Of a stretch of DNA of 64,000 nt, positions 11,083-19,404 are shown piece by piece. Each line of letters opens with the position of its first letter. Positions within the stretch are counted from its first letter, which is position 1. The notes below the pieces were generated by a model. It made no database searches. It had not been told where the DNA came from and saw only the letters and a program-made list of their open reading frames with translations. Made by a program: the position numbers and the translations under genes. The stretch is from Clostridiales bacterium. GTDB taxonomy: Bacteria; Bacillota; Clostridia; Oscillospirales; Acutalibacteraceae. The DNA is taken from positions 57,622 through 121,621 of the forward strand of contig JAAWSO010000005.1 in assembly GCA_022801595.1 (NCBI GenBank), in the 5' to 3' direction.

Positions 11083-11907
11083 ATGAAACAAATATCTTAT
11101 TGTCAAAGCTGTGGTATGCCTATGAAGGAATCCAAAGATTTTGGAACCGATTTAGATGGCAGAAAAAACCATCAATATTGCAATTACTGCTATCAAAATG
11201 GGACGTTTTTACAGAATTGTACCATGGAGGAAATGATTGAGTTTTGTTTGGATTTTGAAGCAGATTCCGGTCGGTATCAAAATCGCGAAGAAGCAAAAAA
11301 GGCCATGTTAGAGTGGTTTTCTACCTTAGATCGATGGGCTGGATCTCCGGTTCTTTTGGATATTCCCAGTAAGCAGTATATTATGGTAGAGGGCAGTGGT
11401 TCACCACAAAATGAGGAATATCGGAGAGCGATTGAAATGCTCTATCTCTTGTCGGCCATGATTGCAAAACAGAGAAACGAAAAGACTTTCGGCCAATTTT
11501 TTGATCTTATGCCGCCAGAAGGTTTGTGGGATTGTGGCAGCAGTGGATTTGATCCAGATCCGAACCATTGGAGTTGGATTATGATGCTGGAGCAGCCAAA
11601 TGAAATTACACCGGAAGTTTTTCGAAGGGCACAGGTGGAGGCACAAAATCAATATCCAGAGTTTCCTTTTCATTTGGTTCGGCTAGAAAAATATACGGAA
11701 GGACTCTGCGTGCAGATTACTCATGTTGGTTCCTATCAAACCGAACAGACTTCTATTGATCGATTATCGCAGTTTATACAAAGTCAGGATTTGGTTGACC
11801 AATGTGGTGCGAGAGGGAAACACCATGAAATTTATCTATCCGACCCTCAAACAACGCCTCCCGATCAATTAAAAACCGTTCTGCGCCATCCCGTTGCCAG
11901 GAGATAA
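11083..11907 (+). CDS. zinc-ribbon + GyrI-like small-molecule-binding domain protein
   Basis: N-terminus CQSCGMPM...HQYCNYCY (two CxxC pairs), followed by a GyrI-like fold signature (YIMVEGSGSP...LEKYTEGLCVQITHVGSY). Start moved to the ATG at 11083, which has an AAAGGAAG SD. The track ORF begins at 11023. Confidence 0.6.
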   Translation: MKQISYCQSCGMPMKESKDFGTDLDGRKNHQYCNYCYQNGTFLQNCTMEEMIEFCLDFEADSGRYQNREEAKKAMLEWFSTLDRWAGSPVLLDIPSKQYIMVEGSGSPQNEEYRRAIEMLYLLSAMIAKQRNEKTFGQFFDLMPPEGLWDCGSSGFDPDPNHWSWIMMLEQPNEITPEVFRRAQVEAQNQYPEFPFHLVRLEKYTEGLCVQITHVGSYQTEQTSIDRLSQFIQSQDLVDQCGARGKHHEIYLSDPQTTPPDQLKTVLRHPVARR

Positions 11908-11911
11908 ACAG

Positions 11912-12799
11912 ATGGAATATATCCCTGCTAAAACGATTTTGAGTCGCAATAAAACTACGGCATGGTTTGGCATTCAGGAAACCATGAATTTATATCGAGG
12001 TTGTTGCCATGGATGCATTTATTGTGACAGCCGAAGCGATTGCTATCATATTGAACATTTTGATACAGTAAGAGGGAAAGCAAACGCCATTCCTCTTTTA
12101 GAAAAAGAGCTGCGTAGAAAACGGAACCATATTGTAATTGGAACCGGGGCAATGAGCGACCCATACAATCCGTTTGAGAAACAGGAACAGCTTACAAAAC
12201 AGGCTTTAGAGTTGCTGGACCGTTATCAATTTGGATGTTCGGTTGCTACAAAAAGTAATTTGATTACCCGGGACATTGCAATTTTTCAGCAGATTCAAAG
12301 CCATTCTCCTGTCCTTTGTAAAATTACCATTACGAGTGGAGAAGATGACTTAGCTAAGAAAGTGGAGCCCTATGCTCCTTTGCCGTCTCAACGTTGGGAC
12401 GCCATTCGCCAACTATCGAGATCTGGTATTTTTACGGGGGTGTTGTTGATGCCAGTTCTACCCTTTTTAGAAGATCAGAAAGAAAATATTTTATCTATTG
12501 TACAGCGTTCCCAGGAAGCAGGGGCAAGGTTTATTTATCCAGCTTTTGGAATGACGATGCGGTCTGGGCAGAGAGAGTGGTATTTGGATCAACTAGAGCA
12601 GCAATTTCCTGGCCATGACCTGAAAGCTCGCTATCAAAAACGATATGGGGACCGATATCAATGTACAAGCCCATATGCCAAGGAATTGTGGCATGTATTT
12701 TCCGAGACATGCCAGTCCTACGGAATTTTATATCGTATGCAGGACATTATTGCGGCTTACCAGGGAGGCTATCGAAACAACCAACTTTGCTTTTTTTGA
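11912..12799 (+). CDS. SPL/SplB-family radical SAM protein (DNA-repair-photolyase-like)
   Basis: CxxxCxxC cluster in RGCCHGCIYCDS near the N-terminus. Size and layout match COG1533-type radical SAM proteins. ATG at 11912 follows AGGAGA and lies 4 nt after the upstream stop. Confidence 0.7.
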   Translation: MEYIPAKTILSRNKTTAWFGIQETMNLYRGCCHGCIYCDSRSDCYHIEHFDTVRGKANAIPLLEKELRRKRNHIVIGTGAMSDPYNPFEKQEQLTKQALELLDRYQFGCSVATKSNLITRDIAIFQQIQSHSPVLCKITITSGEDDLAKKVEPYAPLPSQRWDAIRQLSRSGIFTGVLLMPVLPFLEDQKENILSIVQRSQEAGARFIYPAFGMTMRSGQREWYLDQLEQQFPGHDLKARYQKRYGDRYQCTSPYAKELWHVFSETCQSYGILYRMQDIIAAYQGGYRNNQLCFF

Positions 12800-13038
12800 G
12801 AGAATTTATAGAATAGGGAATTTTTGTATGCAAAGCATGGGAAAGCATGGAACCAGTTGCTTTTTCCTGATAATTATAGTATCCTAATAAAGTCTATCTC
12901 ATACTAAATTTGTCTTTTTTCAGAGGAAAGAAACGAAATTGAGAATTTTTATCTGATAAAACGTTGACAATACATAAGAAAAATGATGAAATAATATTGT
13001 ATGGGTAACAGAGAAGAAACAAGTAGGATGGTAGACTT

Positions 13039-13539
13039 ATGCACAAAGAACTGACCCCTGTGGATATGGACAAAGCCGAAACAACGGAACATCTCCTGCA
13101 TGCAATGATTGAGGTGTTGCACGATGCCGGATTTCGGGTCACTACGCAGCGAAAAATTATTTTGGAAGCTATTGCCAATCAGATCGGTTGGCACGTACAT
13201 CCCAAGGATGTTTACTCTTATGTTCAAGAGAGAGACCAAACCATTGGCTTAGCTACGGTATACCGTACCTTAAAAATGCTGGAGGACATGGATCTGCTAA
13301 ACAAAGTTTACATGATGGGAATTCAGCATGCCCCAGAAGACAATGGCGGCGTTCATTATCACCTAATATGTTTGAAATGCGGTAGCATTCAGGATGTAAA
13401 TGATGTGATTTTAGATGATGTGGGGAAATATGTAAAGAAGGAATATGGATTTTCTTCCACACAAATTAAAATGTCGATTTATGGCCTTTGTGAAGATTGT
13501 AACCGTTTTATCAAAAAAAAACAAAATAATCGTGATTAA
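13039..13539 (+). CDS. Fur-family metalloregulator (Fur/PerR/Zur not distinguishable)
   Basis: 166 aa. Winged helix RVTTQRKIILEAI...ATVYRTLKML. CxxC pairs (CLKCG, CEDCN). Confidence 0.85.
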   Translation: MHKELTPVDMDKAETTEHLLHAMIEVLHDAGFRVTTQRKIILEAIANQIGWHVHPKDVYSYVQERDQTIGLATVYRTLKMLEDMDLLNKVYMMGIQHAPEDNGGVHYHLICLKCGSIQDVNDVILDDVGKYVKKEYGFSSTQIKMSIYGLCEDCNRFIKKKQNNRD

Positions 13540-13593
13540 AACGCTGGAAATGAAACCCCGACTTGTGTGTCGGTTGGTTTCCAGCGTTTTTGT
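13540..13593 (+). terminator. rho-independent terminator after the fur-family gene
   Basis: AACGCTGGAAA ... TTTCCAGCGTT outer stem with inner CCGAC/GTCGG, followed by TTTTTG. Confidence 0.8.
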
Positions 13594-13629
13594 GCTAAAA
13601 AAATGGGCTGAAGCATATGGTTTCCATGG

Positions 13630-14430
13630 GTGATAATTGTGAAAATACTGTTTAGCTGGAAAAAGTTTTGGGGATATCCAATTATTGTTGGGACATTGTG
13701 CCTCGCCTGTGCCATTTTTTTAGGATTGAGTATTACATCGTATGTTCGTGTAGCTGATCAAGCTTCTACAATGGCCCAAGGAGAAAAAAGGACCATTATT
13801 CTTGATGCTGGCCATGGCGGAGAAGATGGGGGAACCAGCAGTAAATCGGGGCTTTTGGAAAAGGATATCAATCTATCAATTGCACAAAAATTACAGGCCT
13901 TGCTGGTTTCTTCTGGTTTTGAGGTAATTATGATTCGGGATACTGACGTAGCGGTAGGAGATGCAAATTTAAGCACGGTAAAGGAACGGAAAGTATCGGA
14001 TTTAAAAAAACGGCTACAAATCATGAATGAACATCCAGATGCTCTTTTTATCAGTATTCATCAAAATCATTTTGAACAAAGTCAGTATCATGGCACCCAG
14101 GTGTTTTACTCTGCCAACCACGAAGCTGGAAAACTGCTTGCGGACAGCATTCAATCCAGCGTCGTATCCTTGTTGCAAAGCGATAACAACCGAGTTACGA
14201 AGGCAGCAGAAAAGTCCATTTATTTGCTTTGGAACAGCAAAACACCATCGGTGATCGTGGAGTGTGGATTTTTATCGAATGAAACCGAGGCTCAAAAACT
14301 GAGTGAGCAATCGTATCAAAAACAAATGGCATTTTCTATTTTTTGTGGCATTTTGAACTATGAGAATGGGAATCAACCCCTGCCTTCAGAATCCGAAACA
14401 GCTTCTAACATTTCTTCTAATTTGATATAA
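13630..14430 (+). CDS. cwlD: N-acetylmuramoyl-L-alanine amidase, CwlD-like (spore cortex)
   Basis: 266 aa. N-terminal TM segment, then Amidase_3 motifs ILDAGHGGEDGG and FISIHQN. The SDLKKRLQIMNE region resembles CwlD. Confidence 0.8.
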   Translation: MIIVKILFSWKKFWGYPIIVGTLCLACAIFLGLSITSYVRVADQASTMAQGEKRTIILDAGHGGEDGGTSSKSGLLEKDINLSIAQKLQALLVSSGFEVIMIRDTDVAVGDANLSTVKERKVSDLKKRLQIMNEHPDALFISIHQNHFEQSQYHGTQVFYSANHEAGKLLADSIQSSVVSLLQSDNNRVTKAAEKSIYLLWNSKTPSVIVECGFLSNETEAQKLSEQSYQKQMAFSIFCGILNYENGNQPLPSESETASNISSNLI

Positions 14431-14766
14431 TCGAATCGTTGTATTTCAATCGAAAGTAAGGTATAATAACCTGGAAATAAGGATCGAATCAAAGATTCTG
14501 GGAGATTTCTGAGAGTATTGAATCAGGAAAAAGAGCTGCTCTCTTACGGCGTTGCCTCTCTAGTTTTTTGGTATTATATCCGCAGTGAGACGGTAGCGCG
14601 GGTATTTCCGCATGTCTGTTATCTGCTTGGTTTGGCGACAAGAAGGAGTCTGGGCGACTTGCTCACCGCAGGTGTTTGTATTATAACGAAACAACAAGGG
14701 AACAACGCCCATTGGATAGGGGAAACGAATGATTTATTTTAATAAAGATAGGAGAGAATACAGTCG

Positions 14767-16149
14767 ATGGTTTCAAAAGCAAAAGTACAGTATGTCTGTT
14801 CAGAATGTGGTTTTGAATCCGCAAAATGGTATGGAAAATGTCCAGGATGTGGGCAATGGAACTGTATGGAAGAAGAACTTCGAACTGCGTCGGTAAAAAA
14901 AACCTTACCGACGGCATCGGAAATTACTGGGATTCGCAGCTTTTCTCGGCCTGTTGGAATCAATGAAATTAACTCTTCGGAAGAAGAACGTTATCATACA
15001 GGTTTATCAGAATTAGATCGGGTTTTAGGAGGCGGCATTGTAAAAGGGTCCTTAATTTTAATTAGTGGGGATCCCGGTATTGGTAAATCCACTATTCTCT
15101 TGCAAATCTGCGAATATCTTGGCCAAAGTTATCGGATTCTCTATGTATCAGGAGAAGAGTCAGGGAGACAAATCAAACTGCGTGCAGCTCGTCTTGGAGT
15201 GACCAGTAATAATTTATATATTATGACAGAAACGGATCTCCAATATATTTTAGAGCAGATTCGCAGTACAAAGCCAGATCTGGTAATGATTGATTCTATT
15301 CAGACTATGAACCATACGGAGCTTTCCTCATCACCAGGAAGCATTACTCAGGTGCGAGAGTGTACCAATGCCGTGATGCAGGTGGCGAAGGCTTTGGATA
15401 TTCCAACGATTCTTGTGGGCCACGTCAATAAGGATGGAGCGATTGCGGGTCCAAAAGTATTGGAGCATATTGTAGATGCCGTGCTTTATTTTGAAGGAGA
15501 TCGCCATATGTCATACCGAATTTTACGTGCAGTAAAAAATCGGTATGGTTCTACCAATGAAATTGGTGTCTTTGACATGGGGGAACAGGGGCTTCGCGAA
15601 GTGGACAACCCTTCTATGGCTCTATTATCTGGTCGACCGAAACAGGTTTCTGGCACTTGTGTCACCTGTGTGATGGAGGGTTCCCGTCCAATTTTAGCCG
15701 AAATTCAAGGATTAGCTACTACAACTGGGTTTGGAAATCCAAGAAGAATGGCAACTGGATTTGACTATAACCGTATGTCTTTATTGTTGGCGGTTTTGGA
15801 AAAACGGGCGGGATACTATTTTTCTAATTTGGATGCTTACATTAATGTAGTAGGGGGCCTGCGGTTAGATGAGCCGGCAACAGATTTGGCGGTAGCTATG
15901 GCATTGGTTTCCAGTCTAAAGGATGTTCCCATCAGTGATAATGCTATTTTGTTTGGAGAAATTGGGTTAGCGGGAGAAATTCGCTCGGTCAATCATATGG
16001 AAGCGCGTATTACGGAAGCAGCGCGATTGGGATTTCAAAAATGTATTGTTCCATACCATAACTTTAAGCAAATTTCTCAACATTTTGATGATATGCAGAT
16101 TATAGGTGTTAAACAGATTAGAGAGGCATTTGAGGCGGCAATTGATTGA
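14767..16149 (+). CDS. radA: DNA repair protein RadA/Sms
   Basis: 460 aa. C4 zinc finger CSECGF..CPGCGQWN, Walker A GDPGIGKST, KNRYG motif, Lon-protease-like C-terminus. Confidence 0.95.
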   Translation: MVSKAKVQYVCSECGFESAKWYGKCPGCGQWNCMEEELRTASVKKTLPTASEITGIRSFSRPVGINEINSSEEERYHTGLSELDRVLGGGIVKGSLILISGDPGIGKSTILLQICEYLGQSYRILYVSGEESGRQIKLRAARLGVTSNNLYIMTETDLQYILEQIRSTKPDLVMIDSIQTMNHTELSSSPGSITQVRECTNAVMQVAKALDIPTILVGHVNKDGAIAGPKVLEHIVDAVLYFEGDRHMSYRILRAVKNRYGSTNEIGVFDMGEQGLREVDNPSMALLSGRPKQVSGTCVTCVMEGSRPILAEIQGLATTTGFGNPRRMATGFDYNRMSLLLAVLEKRAGYYFSNLDAYINVVGGLRLDEPATDLAVAMALVSSLKDVPISDNAILFGEIGLAGEIRSVNHMEARITEAARLGFQKCIVPYHNFKQISQHFDDMQIIGVKQIREAFEAAID

Positions 16150-16333
16150 ATAGTGGATCCAGTTCTATTCGTGGTAATGCCGTTGAATATGATGATTTAT
16201 GGGTTTGCGCTTGAATCCGATGCACACAGCCATTTTGAACCAGATCTGTGATAATCGTTGGAATTTCCAAAATACAATAGCCGTCTTTTTGATAAATGCA
16301 GTCGGAATCACAAGGAATCATACTGATACTCAT
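16118..16333 (-). CDS. small cysteine-rich hypothetical protein
   Basis: 71 aa (MSISMIPCDSDCIYQKDGYCILE...GCVHRI) starting 5 nt after GGAGGTGA. The 3' end overlaps the radA 3' end by about 32 nt. Family not recognised with certainty. Confidence 0.45.
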   Translation of the reverse strand: MSISMIPCDSDCIYQKDGYCILEIPTIITDLVQNGCVHRIQAQTHKSSYSTALPRIELDPLFNQLPPQMPL

Positions 16334-16458
16334 CCAATTCACCTCCAATCTAGTATTTCTTGATTGAGATTAATTATTCACACGAAAGAAAAAATTTGAA
16401 AACTGGGATTCCAGTAAGGAAAAGAAAGGGGGGAAAAATCCTCTTTTTTCCAAATAAA

Positions 16459-16492
16459 TTAACTATACAAAATGAATATTTTGTATAGTTAA
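16459..16492. repeat. perfect 15-bp inverted repeat (4-nt spacer) in the divergent intergenic region upstream of the Xer-type gene
   Basis: TTAACTATACAAAAT GAAT ATTTTGTATAGTTAA, read letter by letter. It can also be parsed as 11-6-11. Confidence 0.9.
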
Positions 16493-16652
16493 GGGTAGGG
16501 ATTTTTTTAAAATACTAAGTTTGAGTAAAATTCCTTGCTATTTTGGATTGATTCTTTTACAATGATAGTATTCAGATTTGAAACAAAAAATTACTAAATA
16601 TTTCCCGTGGAACGTTTCACAAGATAATAAAATGATAAACGGAGCGAAACAA

Positions 16653-17651
16653 ATGAAAAAAGAATTTTTTATGGAAGCCCCAGAGATTATTCAAAACTTT
16701 CTTGGATATTTAGAAACGATTAAAGGAAAATCATCGAAAACGGTGGAAGAATATTATTTAGATCTCCGCACTTTTTTTCGTTATATTAAAATGAGTAACG
16801 GTTTGGTTTCCAAAGAAATTCCTTTTGAGGAAATTGATATTTCAGATGTGGATTTATCTTTGATTGAAACAATCACCATTACAAAAGTTTTTGAATATAT
16901 GAATTATGTAGGTGCGATTCGTGGAAATAAACCGTCTACACGTTCTCGTAAAGTATCGAGTTTACGTACGTTTTTTCACTATTTGACGAATAAAGTAAAT
17001 TTATTAAACGTCAATCCTATCTTAGAGTTAGAAACTCCTAAACAGAAAAAATCACTTCCTAAATATCTTTCTTTGGAACAAAGTATCGAATTATTACAAT
17101 CGGTAGATGGTGAATATAAAGAGCGGGATTATTGTATCCTCACTTTATTCTTAAACTGTGGAATGCGTCTTTCTGAATTAGTAGGTATGAATATTCACGA
17201 TGTTTATTTTGAGAAAAATGGTACAATGCCCTCTATTAAGATTACTGGAAAAGGAAATAAAGAACGAATGGTGTATCTAAATGCAGCATGTATGGATGCG
17301 ATTCAAGCTTATTTAACAGTACGCCAGAAAGAGGGTATAATTGATAAAGAAGCATTATTTATTAGCAGGAATAAGCGGCGTATGAGTCCAAAAACCGTGC
17401 AGTATATGGTAAATAAATATCTGGAGAAAATTGGGCTAGGAGGTCCTGGATATTCCGTACATAAATTGCGTCATACAGCTGCAACTTTAATGTATCAGCA
17501 TGGCAATGTGGATATTCGAGTCTTAAAAGATATTTTGGGTCACGAGAATTTAGGTACAACAGAAATTTACACCCATTTATCCAATCAGCAAATGGAAGAA
17601 GCAGCCAATTCTAACCCCCTGGCAAATATGAAACCAAAAAAGAAGAACTAA
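16653..17651 (+). CDS. tyrosine site-specific recombinase, XerC/XerD family
   Basis: 332 aa from the ATG at 16653 (GGAG SD). SAM-like N-domain (TVEEYYLDLRTFFRY). Catalytic residues in context: R (CGMRLSEL), HKLRH, LGHENLGTTEIYTH. Confidence 0.85.
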   Translation: MKKEFFMEAPEIIQNFLGYLETIKGKSSKTVEEYYLDLRTFFRYIKMSNGLVSKEIPFEEIDISDVDLSLIETITITKVFEYMNYVGAIRGNKPSTRSRKVSSLRTFFHYLTNKVNLLNVNPILELETPKQKKSLPKYLSLEQSIELLQSVDGEYKERDYCILTLFLNCGMRLSELVGMNIHDVYFEKNGTMPSIKITGKGNKERMVYLNAACMDAIQAYLTVRQKEGIIDKEALFISRNKRRMSPKTVQYMVNKYLEKIGLGGPGYSVHKLRHTAATLMYQHGNVDIRVLKDILGHENLGTTEIYTHLSNQQMEEAANSNPLANMKPKKKN

Positions 17652-17659
17652 CCTCAAAG

Positions 17660-17711
17660 AAAAGGAAAAGGATCCTAAGCATAATATATGCCCAGGATCC
17701 TTTTATTTTTA
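17660..17711. terminator. bidirectional terminator between the convergent recombinase genes
   Basis: 11-bp stem AAAAGGATCCT / AGGATCCTTTT with T-rich runs on both strands. Confidence 0.75.
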
Positions 17712-18620
17712 TTATTTTGATTCTTCTTGGTTAGAGCGAGGATGACAATTGTGATAGGTTTCTTTTAAATGTTGATTGAGAAGCTTTAAGTAAATCTGTG
17801 TGGATGAGATATCAGCATGCCCCATCATCACCTGAATATCTTTTAGCTCTGCCCCATTTTCTAACAAATGAAGGGCAAAAGAATGACGCATTGTATGAGG
17901 AGTAATTTCTTTTAAAATATGCGCTTGTTCGGCATAGGATTTTATAATTTTCCAGAAGCCTTGACGTGTTAATCTCTTTCCATTTAAATTTATAAATAGT
18001 GCCTGCTCTTCCCCATTTTTCGGGAAAATCATTTGATTTCGAACTCGCTGAATATAATCTGATACCGCAACAATTGCAGTACGATAAATAGGAATAAATC
18101 GCTTTGTTTTATGATTATGGCACAGTAAAATTCCAGTATTTAAATTAATGTCTTGTACGTTTAACTCTACCAATTCACTTGCCCGGATTCCTGTTGCATA
18201 AAGAAGTTCCATCATAGCACGATCACGGCACCCTTTTGCTTCTAAAACATTAGGTTGTGACAAAAGGAGTTCCATCTCTTTTCCCGTTAAGATATGAGGT
18301 AATTTTTTTTGTGGTTTTTCCAATTTAATTTCTTTTGCGGGATTATATTTAATTTCATTTATTTCAATTAAATATTGATAAAAACAACGTAAAGATGCAA
18401 GATTTCGCGTGATGGTCGCTTTGGAACGTTTTCGCCGGATTAATTCCTTAATGTATCGCTCAATAGTATTTGTTGTCGTATTGATAGGGATTATATTTTG
18501 TTGTTCCAAATAAGATAAATAGATTGTAATATCGTGAAGGTAGGAATCTAAGGTGTTTTTTGAAACTGATTTTTTATGAATTAAATATTGATGGAATTCC
18601 AAACAATAATCCCTTGTCAT
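17712..18620 (-). CDS. xerD: tyrosine recombinase XerD
   Basis: About 302 aa from MTRDYCLEF. Motifs ATGIRASELV, HTMRHSFALHLL, MGHADISSTQIY. spoIIM-xerD neighbourhood as in other Firmicutes. Confidence 0.8.
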   Translation of the reverse strand: MTRDYCLEFHQYLIHKKSVSKNTLDSYLHDITIYLSYLEQQNIIPINTTTNTIERYIKELIRRKRSKATITRNLASLRCFYQYLIEINEIKYNPAKEIKLEKPQKKLPHILTGKEMELLLSQPNVLEAKGCRDRAMMELLYATGIRASELVELNVQDINLNTGILLCHNHKTKRFIPIYRTAIVAVSDYIQRVRNQMIFPKNGEEQALFINLNGKRLTRQGFWKIIKSYAEQAHILKEITPHTMRHSFALHLLENGAELKDIQVMMGHADISSTQIYLKLLNQHLKETYHNCHPRSNQEESK

Positions 18621-18649
18621 GATGTAAAAAACCTCTCTGCCCCAATTTT

Positions 18650-19339
18650 TTAAAATGAAAATAATCCAGAAAAACAAGCAGTTGTTGCCACGTCAATTAA
18701 TGCTGCTACCAGCGCAGTTCCTATGATAAAAGTATATCGAATTAAATAAGTTTTCATCGACATCTTTTGTGGTTGTTCGGAAGATTCTTCAATTCCCTTT
18801 TTTGACCGAAATGAGATTTTTTTGGAAAAGACCATTCCTTCTCGTGCAGCTAATAAAATAGCTACAATACATAAAAGAGCTCCTGGCAAAATAATGGATA
18901 GTTGATACAATAGACCATGCCACCCATATACTGCATATAGATATCCTCCAGTCATGCCCAATCCAAATCCCCGAAAAAGTGGAATCGCTGGGATAAGAAA
19001 TGCCCCCCACATTGATAAACCACATAAAAAACACAATAAAATAAAAGAAAATGAGGATGCCAAAGATGCCACAAAAACAGATGTTAATTGTGAAGCGACT
19101 CGTCCTTGAAAATTACTAAAAAACAGAAAATCCAACTTTTCTAAAGCGGAAAAATCTGCATTTCGAATGAATAAGGCTCCACCCATTAAACCAAGCAATA
19201 AAAAGATTGCAAGAATCACCAAGATAATATGATCTTTAATTATTTTTTTAAAACTAGACTTTTTATACTCTACTACACTTGTGGTTGGTATTGCTTCATT
19301 GAGCACTAACCCGTCCTGGATCAAGTTTGTCCGTTTCAC
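18650..19339 (-). CDS. spoIIM: stage II sporulation protein M-like membrane protein
   Basis: About 229 aa with 5-6 TM segments and glycine-rich loops (FRGFGLGMTGGYLYAVYG) resembling the SpoIIM family. A GTG start 6 nt after GGAGGAA is preferred over the track ATG at 19360. Confidence 0.6.
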   Translation of the reverse strand: MKRTNLIQDGLVLNEAIPTTSVVEYKKSSFKKIIKDHIILVILAIFLLLGLMGGALFIRNADFSALEKLDFLFFSNFQGRVASQLTSVFVASLASSFSFILLCFLCGLSMWGAFLIPAIPLFRGFGLGMTGGYLYAVYGWHGLLYQLSIILPGALLCIVAILLAAREGMVFSKKISFRSKKGIEESSEQPQKMSMKTYLIRYTFIIGTALVAALIDVATTACFSGLFSF

Positions 19340-19404
19340 ACATGATTCCTCCAAACACATTGTTTGTTATTAATATGCGGAAACGGTTTTTATTATGATT
19401 CTGT

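Noticed and set aside
10872-11240. 122-aa ORF spanning the WYL-gene end and the next gene's start.
   Set aside because: It is out of frame with two genes that have recognisable domains. It has no SD.
12940-12954. Fur/PerR-box-like 7-1-7 element TGAGAATTTTTATCT upstream of the fur-family gene.
   Set aside because: Only about 12 of 15 positions match the consensus, in very AT-rich DNA, and the half-sites are imperfectly symmetric. This is not enough to call without comparative data.
14518-14742. 74-aa TTG-start ORF in the cwlD-radA spacer.
   Set aside because: It has no SD, an odd composition and no recognisable family. The region is treated as a leader or RNA candidate instead.
17677-17693. 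GCATAATATATGC-like sequence resembling the XerC arm and central region of dif, inside the loop of the convergent terminator.
   Set aside because: The would-be XerD arm (CCCAGGATCCT) bears no resemblance to TTATGTAAACT-type arms. The sequence is explained as a terminator loop.
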